In this document: positions 27,058 through 36,301 of the stretch, piece after piece | Layout of the letters: each line of letters opens with the position of its first letter | How positions within the stretch are numbered: the stretch's first letter is position 1 | Origin: a virus | Lineage: Duplodnaviria > Caudoviricetes | Length of the DNA stretch: 56,830 bases | Direction: 5' to 3' (one strand) | IMG/VR virus record: IMGVR_UViG_3300025872_000066 | Coordinates: 1-56,830 of that record | The notes under the pieces: model-generated | The model's input: only the letters and a program-made list of their open reading frames with translations | Database searches by the model: none | What the model was told of the DNA's origin: nothing | Program-made: the position numbers and the translations under genes

Positions 27058-27786
27058 ATGACTGGTCTGATTGTTCATGCCGGCGGCCAGGTCGTTGACC
27101 GCAGCCAGATCGACAACATCGAAGTCCCCGCGTCCACCCACACCTGGACCCCCGTGGCCCACGGCGATGTGGTGCAGATGGTCGAACAGTCGCTGGTCAC
27201 CAGCGGCCTGGAGATCACCGACAGTTCGTTCGCCCTCTCCAAGGGTGGCGCCCGGATGTTCGGCGTCATCACCCTGGCCGGCGGCACGGACTACTCCACG
27301 GTCATCGGGGTGCGGAACTCCCATGACAAGTCCTTCCCGGTGTCGTTCTGCCTGGGTTCCAGGGTGTTCGTCTGCGACAACCTGGCGTTCAGCGCCGAGG
27401 TGGTGGTCAAGACCAAGCACAGCCGCCTGGTCCTGGACCGTCTGCCCCGGCTGGTCAATGAGGGTGTGGCCCAGCTGATCGACAAGCGGGGCCACCAGCA
27501 CAAGCGGATCGAAGCCTACAAGCATGAGGAGATCCGCGGCCTTCCGCACCTGCATGACCTGGTGCTGCGGTCCTACCGTGCTGGTGCGATCCCGGCCCGG
27601 GCGATCAGCGAGGTGCTGGACGAGTACGACTCGCCCCGCCACCCGGAGTTCGCTGAGCCCACGCTGTGGTCCTACTTCAACAGCGTGACCGAGGTGCTGA
27701 AGCAGTACGGCGACCTCGCCCGGCGGACGCAGCGCCTGCACGGCGTGGTCGATGCCGAGTGCGGCGCCAAGTTGCTGGCCGTCTGA
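27058..27786 (+). CDS. DUF932/DUF945-family protein
   Basis: RNSHDKS, G.RVFVCDNLAF, KTKHS, TLWSYFN; AGGAGG RBS. Confidence 0.8.
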   Translation: MTGLIVHAGGQVVDRSQIDNIEVPASTHTWTPVAHGDVVQMVEQSLVTSGLEITDSSFALSKGGARMFGVITLAGGTDYSTVIGVRNSHDKSFPVSFCLGSRVFVCDNLAFSAEVVVKTKHSRLVLDRLPRLVNEGVAQLIDKRGHQHKRIEAYKHEEIRGLPHLHDLVLRSYRAGAIPARAISEVLDEYDSPRHPEFAEPTLWSYFNSVTEVLKQYGDLARRTQRLHGVVDAECGAKLLAV

Positions 27787-28016
27787 TGAAGGAATGGAGC
27801 CCCGCCCCGGGCGTTGTGTACCACATCTGGTACGAGTCCGGGGCGGGTTGGGTGCTGCGGCGCAGTGTCAAGAACTACGGAGGGATCTCCGTATCTACGG
27901 CACTGTTCCCGCTGAAGGATACGGAACTACTGGCGTGGGTCAGTGCGATAGGTGATTGGCTGTACGGATTACTACCCCTGAGCAAGGAGAGCAATGATGC
28001 CGAAGCGCTTCAATGA
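27786..28016 (+). CDS. hypothetical protein
   Basis: TGATG coupling; 76 aa. Confidence 0.5.
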   Translation: MKEWSPAPGVVYHIWYESGAGWVLRRSVKNYGGISVSTALFPLKDTELLAWVSAIGDWLYGLLPLSKESNDAEALQ

Positions 28017-28350
28017 GGCTGATTTTGTGACCGAGTACACCCGCGTGTTCAAGGCTGGCGGCACCGTGTCGGACCTGGCCAAGGCCCTTGGCGTCACCAA
28101 CGCCATCGTCCACGGCCGCACGTTCTCGCTGCGTCAGCGTGGCTTCCGGCTCCCGCAACTGCGGAAGTCAAAGAACCACACGCTGGTCCGGGCAGCCAAG
28201 CCCGTGCAGGTGGCTGAGCCCACGCTGGGTGACGAGCTGTACTTCGACACGGCCTTTCTCCACAAGCCAGTGGAGGTGAAGGTGCATCCCAACCAGCCCA
28301 TCACCATGACGTTCCACATCACTGTGAGCCAGGAAGGCAGCGTCGCTTAA
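27994..28350 (+). CDS. HTH-containing protein
   Basis: TVSDLAKALGVT....HGR...LRQRGFRLP; AAGGAG RBS. Confidence 0.65.
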   Translation: MMPKRFNEADFVTEYTRVFKAGGTVSDLAKALGVTNAIVHGRTFSLRQRGFRLPQLRKSKNHTLVRAAKPVQVAEPTLGDELYFDTAFLHKPVEVKVHPNQPITMTFHITVSQEGSVA

Positions 28351-28483
28351 GGAGGACTATGATGCGCAAGGACGCGCAGCTGATTGCTATACTTCACATG
28401 CTGGCAGTGGCGGTGCTGATGCTGCTAACCACCGAGTTAGTCGGCATCGCCCGCACACTGCTGGCTCACACCTTGGAGGGACG

Positions 28484-28816
28484 ATGAACTTCGATGAAGT
28501 CGATCCGGACGAATGCATGCCCAGTGTGGCAGTCGATGTTGCCGACGAGTTGCGGGAACACATCCGCGACCTCTATCTGCGGCAGCATCAACGCAACCAG
28601 GAGACGAACGGCGGGATGGCGAACGTCGTCCTGGCCGGGCTGACCCTGGTCTGGTTAGAGTCGGTTCACACCGTCTGGAATACCCCAACAGGGGAGTCGG
28701 CGGTTGGCTTGATGACCCAGTTGCGGCCGGATGACAAGGAGTCTAAGCGGGATATGCAGCGTGCTGCCCGTGACTTCTTGCGGCGGAGTGGATGGTGGGT
28801 GCGGAGGACCAAATGA
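28484..28816 (+). CDS. hypothetical protein
   Basis: GGAGG RBS, 110 aa. Confidence 0.65.
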   Translation: MNFDEVDPDECMPSVAVDVADELREHIRDLYLRQHQRNQETNGGMANVVLAGLTLVWLESVHTVWNTPTGESAVGLMTQLRPDDKESKRDMQRAARDFLRRSGWWVRRTK

Positions 28817-29157
28817 AGTACCAGCAGATCATCATGGCGAAGCGTATCGGCCCGGAAGACACTGAGTTCCGGCAGTTCTACGTGCCCGTCGAAGAACGCG
28901 ACGGCAAGTGGATGCCATGCGGGGCAATGCGGGAAGAGCATGTCTCGCAGGCTTCTATGTTCGGCAGTGTTGACGAGTACGAACACGGCGGCGGCGAGTC
29001 ATGCGGCGCTCTCGCTGACCTCGCTGCCCCGGACGGGTGGTTTGTAGCGTCGCGTCTATGGCTCCCTGACAACTACGTGCCTCCCTCTGCGGAGGTCCTT
29101 GAGGAGGGCGAGCGGCGGGCACGGAAGCACCTGAAGGAGATGCTAGGTGATGAGTAG
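28813..29157 (+). CDS. hypothetical protein
   Basis: ATGA overlap, GGAGG RBS. Confidence 0.65.
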   Translation: MKYQQIIMAKRIGPEDTEFRQFYVPVEERDGKWMPCGAMREEHVSQASMFGSVDEYEHGGGESCGALADLAAPDGWFVASRLWLPDNYVPPSAEVLEEGERRARKHLKEMLGDE

Positions 29158-29217
29158 CCTGCTGTCGGCGGCGTTCTTCTGGACCATCATCCTGTTCCTG
29201 TGCTACCGGAGGCAGCC

Positions 29218-29976
29218 ATGAAACTGTGGGGATACGTGCGAGTCAGCACCGATGACCAGCAGAACTCCGTGGCCAACCAGCAGGAGTTGATCCGCGACTA
29301 CGCCCGCAAGGCTGGCGTGATCGCCTGCATCTGCGTAGACGAGGACGTCACCGGCAAGTCTCCTCTGCGGAACCGGCCGCAGGGGAGACTGCTGTGGGAC
29401 GGGCTGAACCCTGGCGACACGGTGGTGTTCGCTAAGCATGACCGGGCGTTCCGGTCCCTGCGAGATGCTGCGGACACCGTTCACATCTGGCAGGAGCGTG
29501 GCGTCAGGGCCGTGTTTTTGAACCTCGGCCTGGACCTGGGCCGCCCCGAAGGCAGGTTGTTTTTCCACCAGTTGGCTTCGTTCGCTGAGTTTGAGCGTGA
29601 GCTGATTTCGCAGCGAGTCCGCGACTGCTTCGCTTACCTGAAGCAGCACAACCGCTGCCACGGGAACCGGCCTTTCGGGTGGACGAAGGACCGGCCTGGC
29701 AAGGGCGCTTACCTGATTCCGCTGGAGTCGGAGCGTGAGCTGGGCCAGCGTGTTTGCGGGCTGCACGCTGACGGGATGAGCTACCGGCAGATTGCGATGC
29801 TGCTCCTGGAGGAGCGGGTGACGAAGCCGGGGAAGCGGTCGATAGATCAGAAGGGCGGGATCTACAGTGTGTCGGACGTTCACGCTCTGTCTCTGGCGAC
29901 TCAGCAGGGATTCCCAGCCGTAGCGAGATCGTCCTTGCGAGTCGGCGGCTCGCCAGTGCAGCCGTCCGGATGTTGA
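29218..29976 (+). CDS. serine recombinase (resolvase/invertase family)
   Basis: GYVRVSTDDQ catalytic motif, DRAFRS, FAEFERELISQR, PFGW, C-terminal HTH SYRQIA. Confidence 0.9.
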   Translation: MKLWGYVRVSTDDQQNSVANQQELIRDYARKAGVIACICVDEDVTGKSPLRNRPQGRLLWDGLNPGDTVVFAKHDRAFRSLRDAADTVHIWQERGVRAVFLNLGLDLGRPEGRLFFHQLASFAEFERELISQRVRDCFAYLKQHNRCHGNRPFGWTKDRPGKGAYLIPLESERELGQRVCGLHADGMSYRQIAMLLLEERVTKPGKRSIDQKGGIYSVSDVHALSLATQQGFPAVARSSLRVGGSPVQPSGC

Positions 29977-30415
29977 TGGCGAACTCCTCCGACAGATCCA
30001 CCAGCCGCTTCTTCTCTACGAAGCGGTAGACCGCCATCTGCTGGTCGCGCTCTGGCATGCCGGCGATGGCGTCCTGGAGGTGGTCGATGGCGTCTTCATG
30101 GGCGAACGCCGCCTCGGCATCTTCCAGGGAGATCCGCTCCCCAGGCGTACGGGTCAGCCGCCTGATCGACTTTAGCATCGCGTTCAGGATAGCCCGGGCG
30201 AAATACTTCTTGGGGTAGGGCAACTTCGCCGGGTCGTACGTGCGGGCGGCACGGCACAGGGCCAGGAACCCCTCGCCCTCTAGGTCCGGGATGTACAGCG
30301 ACCGCTGCCAGCCAGGCCGGTTCTGGACGAAGTACCTGGCCACCTGCGTGACCATCTCTGAGTATTCAGCGACGAGCTGCTGTTGCCGCTTGGAGAGCCG
30401 TGATCGCCCGCTCAT
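29504..30415 (-). CDS. phage-encoded sigma-70 family factor (regions 2 and 4) with an unusual C-terminal extension
   Basis: DLEGEGFLALCRAARTYDP (region 2); LQDAIAGMPERDQQ...RF (region 4). Confidence 0.8.
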   Translation of the reverse strand: MSGRSRLSKRQQQLVAEYSEMVTQVARYFVQNRPGWQRSLYIPDLEGEGFLALCRAARTYDPAKLPYPKKYFARAILNAMLKSIRRLTRTPGERISLEDAEAAFAHEDAIDHLQDAIAGMPERDQQMAVYRFVEKKRLVDLSEEFAINIRTAALASRRLARTISLRLGIPAESPETERERPTHCRSRPSDLSTASPASSPAPPGAASQSAGSSSRQRAARKHAGPAHAPTPAESGKRPCQAGPSSTRKAGSRGSGCAASGKRSSRGLAAKSAHAQTQRTKPTGGKTTCLRGGPGPGRGSKTRP

Positions 30416-30566
30416 GTCGTTCCAACTGGACCTGGGTCTGATGCACCAGTTCCGGGAGCCCTTCCATGGCATGTGCGATCATCGTCACCTTCGCGTGCAT
30501 GCTCATGGCCCAGGGAACCACCGCCACCAAGACGGTGATGCCTATCAGTACCTGGTCAGTCGTCAT
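30366..30566 (-). CDS. small membrane protein (TM plus coiled coil)
   Basis: VLIGITVLVAVVPWA hydrophobic segment; C-terminal HERAITAL. Confidence 0.65.
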   Translation of the reverse strand: MTTDQVLIGITVLVAVVPWAMSMHAKVTMIAHAMEGLPELVHQTQVQLERHERAITALQAATAARR

Positions 30567-30741
30567 CAATCCCCTCCGCGATCAGCTCTAGCAAACCGCC
30601 GGCCGCCTCGTCCGGCAACGAACCTGCCCGTACGTCGGCCATGATCTTTCTCACGGCAGACCGCCACTGACCAGGGGGGAATTGGTAGATCCACGTGTGC
30701 CCAAAACCCTGGGCCTTCACCCGGACTATGGTTTTGGGCAT
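30556..30741 (-). CDS. hypothetical protein
   Basis: Fills the gap between coupled genes; start uncertain. Confidence 0.55.
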   Translation of the reverse strand: MPKTIVRVKAQGFGHTWIYQFPPGQWRSAVRKIMADVRAGSLPDEAAGGLLELIAEGIDDD

Positions 30742-30959
30742 CGTCCATCGGGGCATGCTGCCCTCTCCGTGCAACTGCAGTCCGTCCAATGCTGTCCATC
30801 TCCCGTGCGAACCTTGCCGGTGCCACTGCACTTCACGCACTTGGGGTCGGCAGGCTTGGGCGGAGCGGGGGATGGGCTCGCCTGCTCGGCATCCAGCGCA
30901 GCGTGGATGGCGATGACGGCAACGTAGTGCGGGGTGTACTCGTTCCAGTAGAGCGGCAT
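30726..30959 (-). CDS. small protein with hydrophobic N-segment and DnaJ-type CxxCxGxG Zn finger
   Basis: CVKCSGTGKV...CSC, C-terminal CPDGRCP. Confidence 0.7.
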   Translation of the reverse strand: MPLYWNEYTPHYVAVIAIHAALDAEQASPSPAPPKPADPKCVKCSGTGKVRTGDGQHWTDCSCTERAACPDGRCPKP

Positions 30960-31897
30960 CAGATTCTCCCTATGCTACCCAGGTCAGGCAGCGGGCGGGC
31001 AGGGTAGCCCTGGACGTCGGAGTACGCCCAGATGTCTTCGCTCTCCACGCACGTGGCGTAGCCGGCATCGTCAGTGACGATCATGCCGGGGATCTGCTCG
31101 GGGTAGATCGATGGCCAGTCCTTGACCGGCTGGTTCCACCGCCCCCAGCTATTGGCTATGAACCAGACCCGGAACGGCCAGAACTCCTTTGTGTCGTCAT
31201 AGCCCACGGTGGCCATATCATGGGCCCATCCCGGGCTGACACGCGGGTGGATGTTCTTGCTGCTTGGCCTGTCGGACCAGGCTGCCATCTGCCCAGAGTG
31301 GATGCCGTACCCGTTGAACAGGGCATCCATGGCATCGTCCATGGTGCGGACAAGGGCGATGGTCCCCACCTTGTTGCGGTTGCACAGGTCCAGCACCGCC
31401 TTGGGGACGCCTGTCGATCCCCACCTGGCACCCAGGGCACCGTTGTAGACCGACAGATCCACCACGCCATCGAACTTCTGGCGTGCCAGGAAGCCCGTGT
31501 CGCGCTCAAACCTGGCCGCCCGGGCCGGGCTCATGCCTGCACCGGAGTGACCGCGGGCCCCGTACGTGGGCTCCGTGGCGGTGCGGACAACCCACTCCTC
31601 GGGCTTGCCCTTCAGCAGGATCGACACGGCGCGGCTGCAATCCCTGGCGTTCCGGCTCCCATGTGAGACACAGTCGCCTTCTGTCTGTTTTTCGCTGAAC
31701 GCACCTGGGTCCAGCTGCCGCACGTATCCCCAGAGCATGGCACGCTTCCCTTTCCCACTGCCAGGCGACTGGAACGAACGCAGCGGGTTCGTCTCCAGGA
31801 ACTCCATCTTCTCCCGTGGGCTCGGCACGTAGCCGGCCAGGCCGCCAAACTGGTAGGCCCGCACCAGCTCTTCTGTGCTGTCGAAGTCACCTGGCAT
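30959..31897 (-). CDS. papain-like (C1-type) cysteine peptidase
   Basis: QTEGDCVSHG (Gln, Cys), WAHDMATVGY (His), IANSWG (Asn). Confidence 0.85.
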   Translation of the reverse strand: MPGDFDSTEELVRAYQFGGLAGYVPSPREKMEFLETNPLRSFQSPGSGKGKRAMLWGYVRQLDPGAFSEKQTEGDCVSHGSRNARDCSRAVSILLKGKPEEWVVRTATEPTYGARGHSGAGMSPARAARFERDTGFLARQKFDGVVDLSVYNGALGARWGSTGVPKAVLDLCNRNKVGTIALVRTMDDAMDALFNGYGIHSGQMAAWSDRPSSKNIHPRVSPGWAHDMATVGYDDTKEFWPFRVWFIANSWGRWNQPVKDWPSIYPEQIPGMIVTDDAGYATCVESEDIWAYSDVQGYPARPLPDLGSIGRI

Positions 31898-32300
31898 CAG
31901 CGGCCACCTTCTGCAATGCCTTCACCAGGGCAGCCCGCTTGTTCGTCTCGCCGTCCAGGCCGGTGTTGTCCTTGCCAACCGCGGCCACCAGCTCGTCATC
32001 GATGGCCACATCCAGGCCGATGTACTTGCCGGGGAGGTCAGTCCCCTTGAAGGCCTCGTCCAGGCTTGTGGCATGCACCCGGCGGAACCCATCCATGGTG
32101 GTGATCGACTTGCTGCGGGACACCACATCCGCCATGGCATCGTAGAACGATGACACCCGCGTGCGATCCGCCTTGGTGGCTGGCCGCAGGGCCATGCCCA
32201 CCTTCGACACGGCGGCCGGAGGGGCGGGCTTGGGGACCTCGGGCATGAACGCCCAGATCAGGCCGACTGCCGCCAGGGCCGCGAAGACATGCTTCATCAT
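31887..32300 (-). CDS. signal-anchored/exported protein
   Basis: MMKHVFAALAAVGLIWAF followed by a Pro linker. Confidence 0.7.
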   Translation of the reverse strand: MMKHVFAALAAVGLIWAFMPEVPKPAPPAAVSKVGMALRPATKADRTRVSSFYDAMADVVSRSKSITTMDGFRRVHATSLDEAFKGTDLPGKYIGLDVAIDDELVAAVGKDNTGLDGETNKRAALVKALQKVAADAR

Positions 32301-32509
32301 TTGATTCCCAGCAGGGCCTCCATCAGGGCGTTGCATGCCTGCGTCACCTCGGGCGTGCGGTACGAGTCGCGCACGGCAATGACGTTGCGGATATGGGTCA
32401 GCAGGACAGGGGCCCGGCTTCCCTGAAAGGCCCACTGGACCAGCGGCCAGAGGTACATCACCGCCACGCCAGCGGCTGACAACAGTGCCACAATCTGAGT
32501 TGCCGTCAT
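32297..32509 (-). CDS. small membrane protein
   Basis: N-terminal TM IVALLSAAGVAVMYLWPLV; ATGA overlaps. Confidence 0.7.
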   Translation of the reverse strand: MTATQIVALLSAAGVAVMYLWPLVQWAFQGSRAPVLLTHIRNVIAVRDSYRTPEVTQACNALMEALLGIK

Positions 32510-33393
32510 ACGATCACCCTGCATCCGTTCCCAACCAGGCTGGTTGGATTGATTAAGCCCCACCCGTACATGCCGTCCTTGCCAGGATCCCCGGCATCCG
32601 TGGACGTCTCTCGGAGAATCTTGCTGGCCTTCTGCGCCAGGCCAGCCGTGCCGCACTTGCCGGCGTGCAACGCCAGGACGCCGGCCACAAACGGGGCGGC
32701 CATGCTTGTGCCAGAGAGGGTGGCGTACTTGCCACCCAGCCAGGCGCTGGTGATCTGATAGCCAGGGGCGGCAACGGCAATCTCACGCCCGCGGCAGCTG
32801 AACTCGCAGACCTGCCCATCCTGGTCCACGGCCCCAACGGCGATCACGCTGCCGTATGCCGCTGGGTAGTTGACACTGCCGCCGTCATTCCCAGCGGCGC
32901 AGACAACCGCAATACCCTGCTCTGCGGCATTGGCGCATGCCTCCTGCAGATACGGCACGCTGACAGGGCAGCCCAGGCTCATCACAATGATGTTGGCCTT
33001 GGCTTCAATGGCGGCATGGATCGCCTGCGTCACGTGCTGCAGTGATCCGGCGCCGTTGTTGTTTAGGACCTTGAACGACAGCAGCTCCGCCTGGGGAGCC
33101 ACGCCACGCATCGAACCCCTGCCGGCCAGGACGCCCGCCACATGGGTCCCGTGGCCGTTGGTGTCGTAAGGGCTGCAGTCGGTGGTGAAGTTGCGATGCT
33201 CCTTCACGGCACCCTCCATGGCCGGATGGCCGGGCTCTATTCCGGAATCCAGGATCGCCACCCGCACCCCGGCCCCCTGGTGCTGACTCCAGAGGGCCGG
33301 GATGCCGTACGCGGAGAGCGACCAGTCCACGCCGGAGGAGGGGAGGGCGTGTGCGACTGCCTCTACACGGTACGGTGGGAGGTGGCCGATCAC
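32506..33393 (-). CDS. subtilisin-like (S8) serine protease
   Basis: VAILDSG, NGHGTHVAG, AAGND, SGTSMAAPFVAG; GTG start at 33393 overlapping the upstream stop. Confidence 0.93.
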   Translation of the reverse strand: MIGHLPPYRVEAVAHALPSSGVDWSLSAYGIPALWSQHQGAGVRVAILDSGIEPGHPAMEGAVKEHRNFTTDCSPYDTNGHGTHVAGVLAGRGSMRGVAPQAELLSFKVLNNNGAGSLQHVTQAIHAAIEAKANIIVMSLGCPVSVPYLQEACANAAEQGIAVVCAAGNDGGSVNYPAAYGSVIAVGAVDQDGQVCEFSCRGREIAVAAPGYQITSAWLGGKYATLSGTSMAAPFVAGVLALHAGKCGTAGLAQKASKILRETSTDAGDPGKDGMYGWGLINPTSLVGNGCRVIV

Positions 33394-33716
33394 TTCTGGT
33401 TGCGCCTGGCGATGAAGACCTGGATGAGCGTCGAAACGATGGGCGCGACCACCGTCAGGAGAATCGGAATCGGGATCCCGTACTCCGCCTGGGCAGTGGC
33501 CATGACCTCGTCCTGCTCCTCGGCCGACAGGGCCTGGGCCTGGAACAGCGGGAAGGTTTCGATCACCGGCAGGACCGCCTTGGCGATCAGGTAAACGATC
33601 TCCAGCTTCTGCGAGAGGCTGAGACTGTCGCTCCAGCCGGCGACGATGTTGGCGATCTCCTTCAACACCGTGGTGTTGGACAGGAGCCACCGGACGATCA
33701 GGAACTTGTCAGTCAT
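33390..33716 (-). CDS. membrane protein, holin-like candidate
   Basis: Hydrophobic segments and a basic C-terminus (IARRNQK); AAGGAG RBS. Confidence 0.55.
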   Translation of the reverse strand: MTDKFLIVRWLLSNTTVLKEIANIVAGWSDSLSLSQKLEIVYLIAKAVLPVIETFPLFQAQALSAEEQDEVMATAQAEYGIPIPILLTVVAPIVSTLIQVFIARRNQK

Positions 33717-34104
33717 TTAGGGGCTCCTTGCGCCGTTCACAGGCAATAGCGACCACCGCATGGCCGGCGATGTCCATGAGGGTCTTCTGTCTAGTAATTG
33801 TCTCCAGCGGCCCCCTTAGCCGGCGGGTTTTCTCTCCGATCCTGGCCGTCTGGTACTGCCAGGCCGGGATGCCGTCCTGCTCCACGCCCAGGGCGTTTTC
33901 CAGGGGGTCTTCCTTGCACCCGTAATAGCTCCGCTTCCTGGTCAGGAGGCGGTACAGCTCGTCGCAAATCTCCCGGTAGGGGTCACCACTGATACTCCCT
34001 GCTGGCTCCGACAATGCGTCCGTATTCGGCCCAAAAGACGCTGTGATGGGGGTCTTCTTCCCGATCACACAGATACGCGGTTCTTGCATGTGCCCACTCC
34101 TCAC
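33709..34104 (-). CDS. DUF1599/Nmad1-like all-helical nucleotide-modification-associated protein
   Basis: RKRSYYG...RIGEK..RL...TLMDIAGHAV; true start uncertain because of overlap with the upstream gene. Confidence 0.6.
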   Translation of the reverse strand: MRSGHMQEPRICVIGKKTPITASFGPNTDALSEPAGSISGDPYREICDELYRLLTRKRSYYGCKEDPLENALGVEQDGIPAWQYQTARIGEKTRRLRGPLETITRQKTLMDIAGHAVVAIACERRKEPLND

Positions 34105-34321
34105 AGCATGTGTCTAAAAAACTATCCCGTGTCAGCGTGTTACTAATGACAATGAGCCCACGCATCTCATCCTCGTTGAACTCAAAGTACCCCAGCATCC
34201 CCGGCAGCTTGGCCGGGGGTCGCAGGTAGACTCTCACCGGATACGGCAGTGGGAAGTTCGCCTGTGCCCAGCGCCGAAAGCGCTTGAGCAGCCGCGGCCT
34301 CCAGTCTGGCGTGGAACTCAT
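33983..34321 (-). CDS. metallopeptidase-like protein (EEWAH variant of HExxH)
   Basis: DTCCEEWAHA...HHSVFW..YG. Confidence 0.55.
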   Translation of the reverse strand: MSSTPDWRPRLLKRFRRWAQANFPLPYPVRVYLRPPAKLPGMLGYFEFNEDEMRGLIVISNTLTRDSFLDTCCEEWAHARTAYLCDREEDPHHSVFWAEYGRIVGASREYQW

Positions 34322-34616
34322 ACAACCTCTCCAGCGGCAGCGTGATCAGCCACGGCTCCCTTGCCTTCTTGCTCAGGACCACCGGAACCAGGCCGCCTGA
34401 ATCCGCCTCGGCCTGCTTCATCCAGGACCGGATCGATTCCCGCTCTACGAACTTGACCTCCCAGTGGACGCCTTCCAGCTCCACCTCCAGGTCGGCCGAG
34501 TCGGCGCCCCCCTTGAATTGCACGCCACGCCTGGCCGGCAAGCGGATTGCCTGGGACACCGCTTTTGCGGCCAATCGCTCGCCCCTTTTCCCCTTCTCCC
34601 TCTGGCTACGGCCCAT
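34182..34616 (-). CDS. PD-(D/E)XK Holliday junction resolvase-like protein
   Basis: SQREKGKRGER, SADL, HWEVK, PWLITL. Confidence 0.8.
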   Translation of the reverse strand: MGRSQREKGKRGERLAAKAVSQAIRLPARRGVQFKGGADSADLEVELEGVHWEVKFVERESIRSWMKQAEADSGGLVPVVLSKKAREPWLITLPLERLYEFHARLEAAAAQALSALGTGELPTAVSGESLPATPGQAAGDAGVL

Positions 34617-34881
34617 GCTTGGTCCTCACAAACAGCGGCCCATCGGGCCCCACGTACGCCCCCAGGGTGTTGAAGCTCAGGTACTCCACGGCCTCGTCCT
34701 CAGACAGGCCGTCCTCCATCAGCTTCTGGACGCAGGCATTCAGGTCGTACACGGCCACTACCGGGTGGTGGTGGTTGCATGTGTAGCCAATCAGGGCGTC
34801 TTCAAACCCGTCCGCCAGGAGAGCCTCGGGGTTCTCCTCGGCCAGGTCAGCGAACAAGTCTTCCGGTGGGATGGCGATCAT
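34606..34881 (-). CDS. conserved phage protein (ADG.D.A.IG...EA.EY..FN..GAY.G family)
   Basis: LADGFEDALIG, VAVYD, EAVEYLSFNTLGAYVG. Confidence 0.8.
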   Translation of the reverse strand: MIAIPPEDLFADLAEENPEALLADGFEDALIGYTCNHHHPVVAVYDLNACVQKLMEDGLSEDEAVEYLSFNTLGAYVGPDGPLFVRTKHGP

Positions 34882-35285
34882 GGCTTCCTTGCCCTGGTCA
34901 GGTTGATCTCACGCTCGTTCAGATACCACTCGTCCGGCGGCTCGGGCTCGTAGCCCAGGTGCCGCTTCATCCGCAGGCTGGCGAGGTACTCCGGGTCGTA
35001 GTTCTCTGGGTCCGACTGCTCCTTAGCCCACAGCAGTGTGCTTTTGTACAGCGGCGGGAAGTTCCCGGCAACCAAACCGTCATGTAAAACGTCATGGCAC
35101 CGGCCGCAGAGCCGGAGGTAATTCCGGACGTCATGCCTTCGCCCGGCTCCACCCTGAAGGTGATGCACCTCCAGCTGGCGGCGGCCATCAGACTCCGGCC
35201 ACCAGCACACGGCACAGCAGCGGTGGTACTGCACCCAATCCGCGATGGCGGCCCGCTCGGCCTTAGTCATCCGTGCCATGTACAT
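34878..35285 (-). CDS. HNH endonuclease
   Basis: CAVC...LEVHH...NYLRLCGRCHDVLH. Confidence 0.8.
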   Translation of the reverse strand: MYMARMTKAERAAIADWVQYHRCCAVCWWPESDGRRQLEVHHLQGGAGRRHDVRNYLRLCGRCHDVLHDGLVAGNFPPLYKSTLLWAKEQSDPENYDPEYLASLRMKRHLGYEPEPPDEWYLNEREINLTRARKP

Positions 35286-35567
35286 TCCTCAGCGCAGACC
35301 CATTCCCTGCTGAGAGGCAAGGGGTTGACTCTCAGTTGGCCCAGTGGCCACCAATGGCTGCCTTATCGTTAGGCTCTCAGCTATCGACCGGGACGCATGG
35401 GGGGTGCTGGATCTAGTACCAGCGCGTTGCCCGGCTTTCGCGCAACCATTAGCCAACTTGTGCGGACTAGCCGCTCCTGCATAGGCAGGCGTTTGTTTAT
35501 GCTCGCGCTTTTGGTTAACAGCCGGCGGGTGCTGCGAGAAGATGAACCGCCTCGGGGGAACTGTGTA

Positions 35568-35756
35568 CTACCTAGGGCCGGTGTCGGCAACAAAAGTCAT
35601 GTGCGGACACTGGGCCGGAGTTTTATTGACGAGGTTCTCTAGCTCAGTAAGCCTCGCCCGCATGGACTCTGCGGTGTGTCTGTACTGTGCAATGACGTCC
35701 TCTAGCTGGACGATCCGATGCAGGAGGAAAAGAGCGTCTTCACTGCTCATATGCAC
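35568..35756 (-). CDS. small coiled-coil protein
   Basis: 62 aa helical ORF coupled to the upstream gene. Confidence 0.5.
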   Translation of the reverse strand: MHMSSEDALFLLHRIVQLEDVIAQYRHTAESMRARLTELENLVNKTPAQCPHMTFVADTGPR

Positions 35757-35968
35757 CTCTTAACTGGCACCTCTGGGTGCGGAATGTCGTACATTTCGTT
35801 GCCCATGACTCTCACTTCTGCGGAGTCAACGTGTACTACCTCGCCTGTGTCGAACCGCTGTACTACCCAGACGCTGTTCAGGTGCGGCCCGTAGTCGATC
35901 AGCACCAGGGCGAACCCTTCACCGAGAGGCGTGGCAACCCAGATCGGCGGGTTTAACTGGAGCATCAT
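35747..35968 (-). CDS. conserved small phage protein (QLNPPI.V.TP.G...IDYG family)
   Basis: MLQLNPPIWVATPLGEG...IDYG...WVV. Confidence 0.75.
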   Translation of the reverse strand: MMLQLNPPIWVATPLGEGFALVLIDYGPHLNSVWVVQRFDTGEVVHVDSAEVRVMGNEMYDIPHPEVPVKRCI

Positions 35969-36301
35969 TTGGCCATCATCCACAGGCCGATGTTGGCTAC
36001 TGCATAGGACGCCCAAGTAATAAAACCAGGCACGTTTTTCTTACATAACTGCTCGCAAGCTACGTAGGCGTAGATGCACATGGTCAATAGGATCAGGTGT
36101 CTGCTCATGCTGTCAACTGTCACTTTCCGCCAGTTTGTGGGCGTTCGCGTTATGCGGCAGATAAGCCGTAGAACACGCTGGTCCGCTTTTCTGATTTAAG
36201 CTGAAGCCCCTGCGCCGCATCGACTTCCACCGCACGGCCCGGAACGCCTTGGGACGTTACCCAGCAAGCCGGTCGTTTATACGGGTCTGCAGAAACACTG
36301 G

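Noticed and set aside
35290-35567. Weak ORF (35381-35593) and possible non-coding element
   Set aside because: No convincing RBS, motif or strong structure that I could support.
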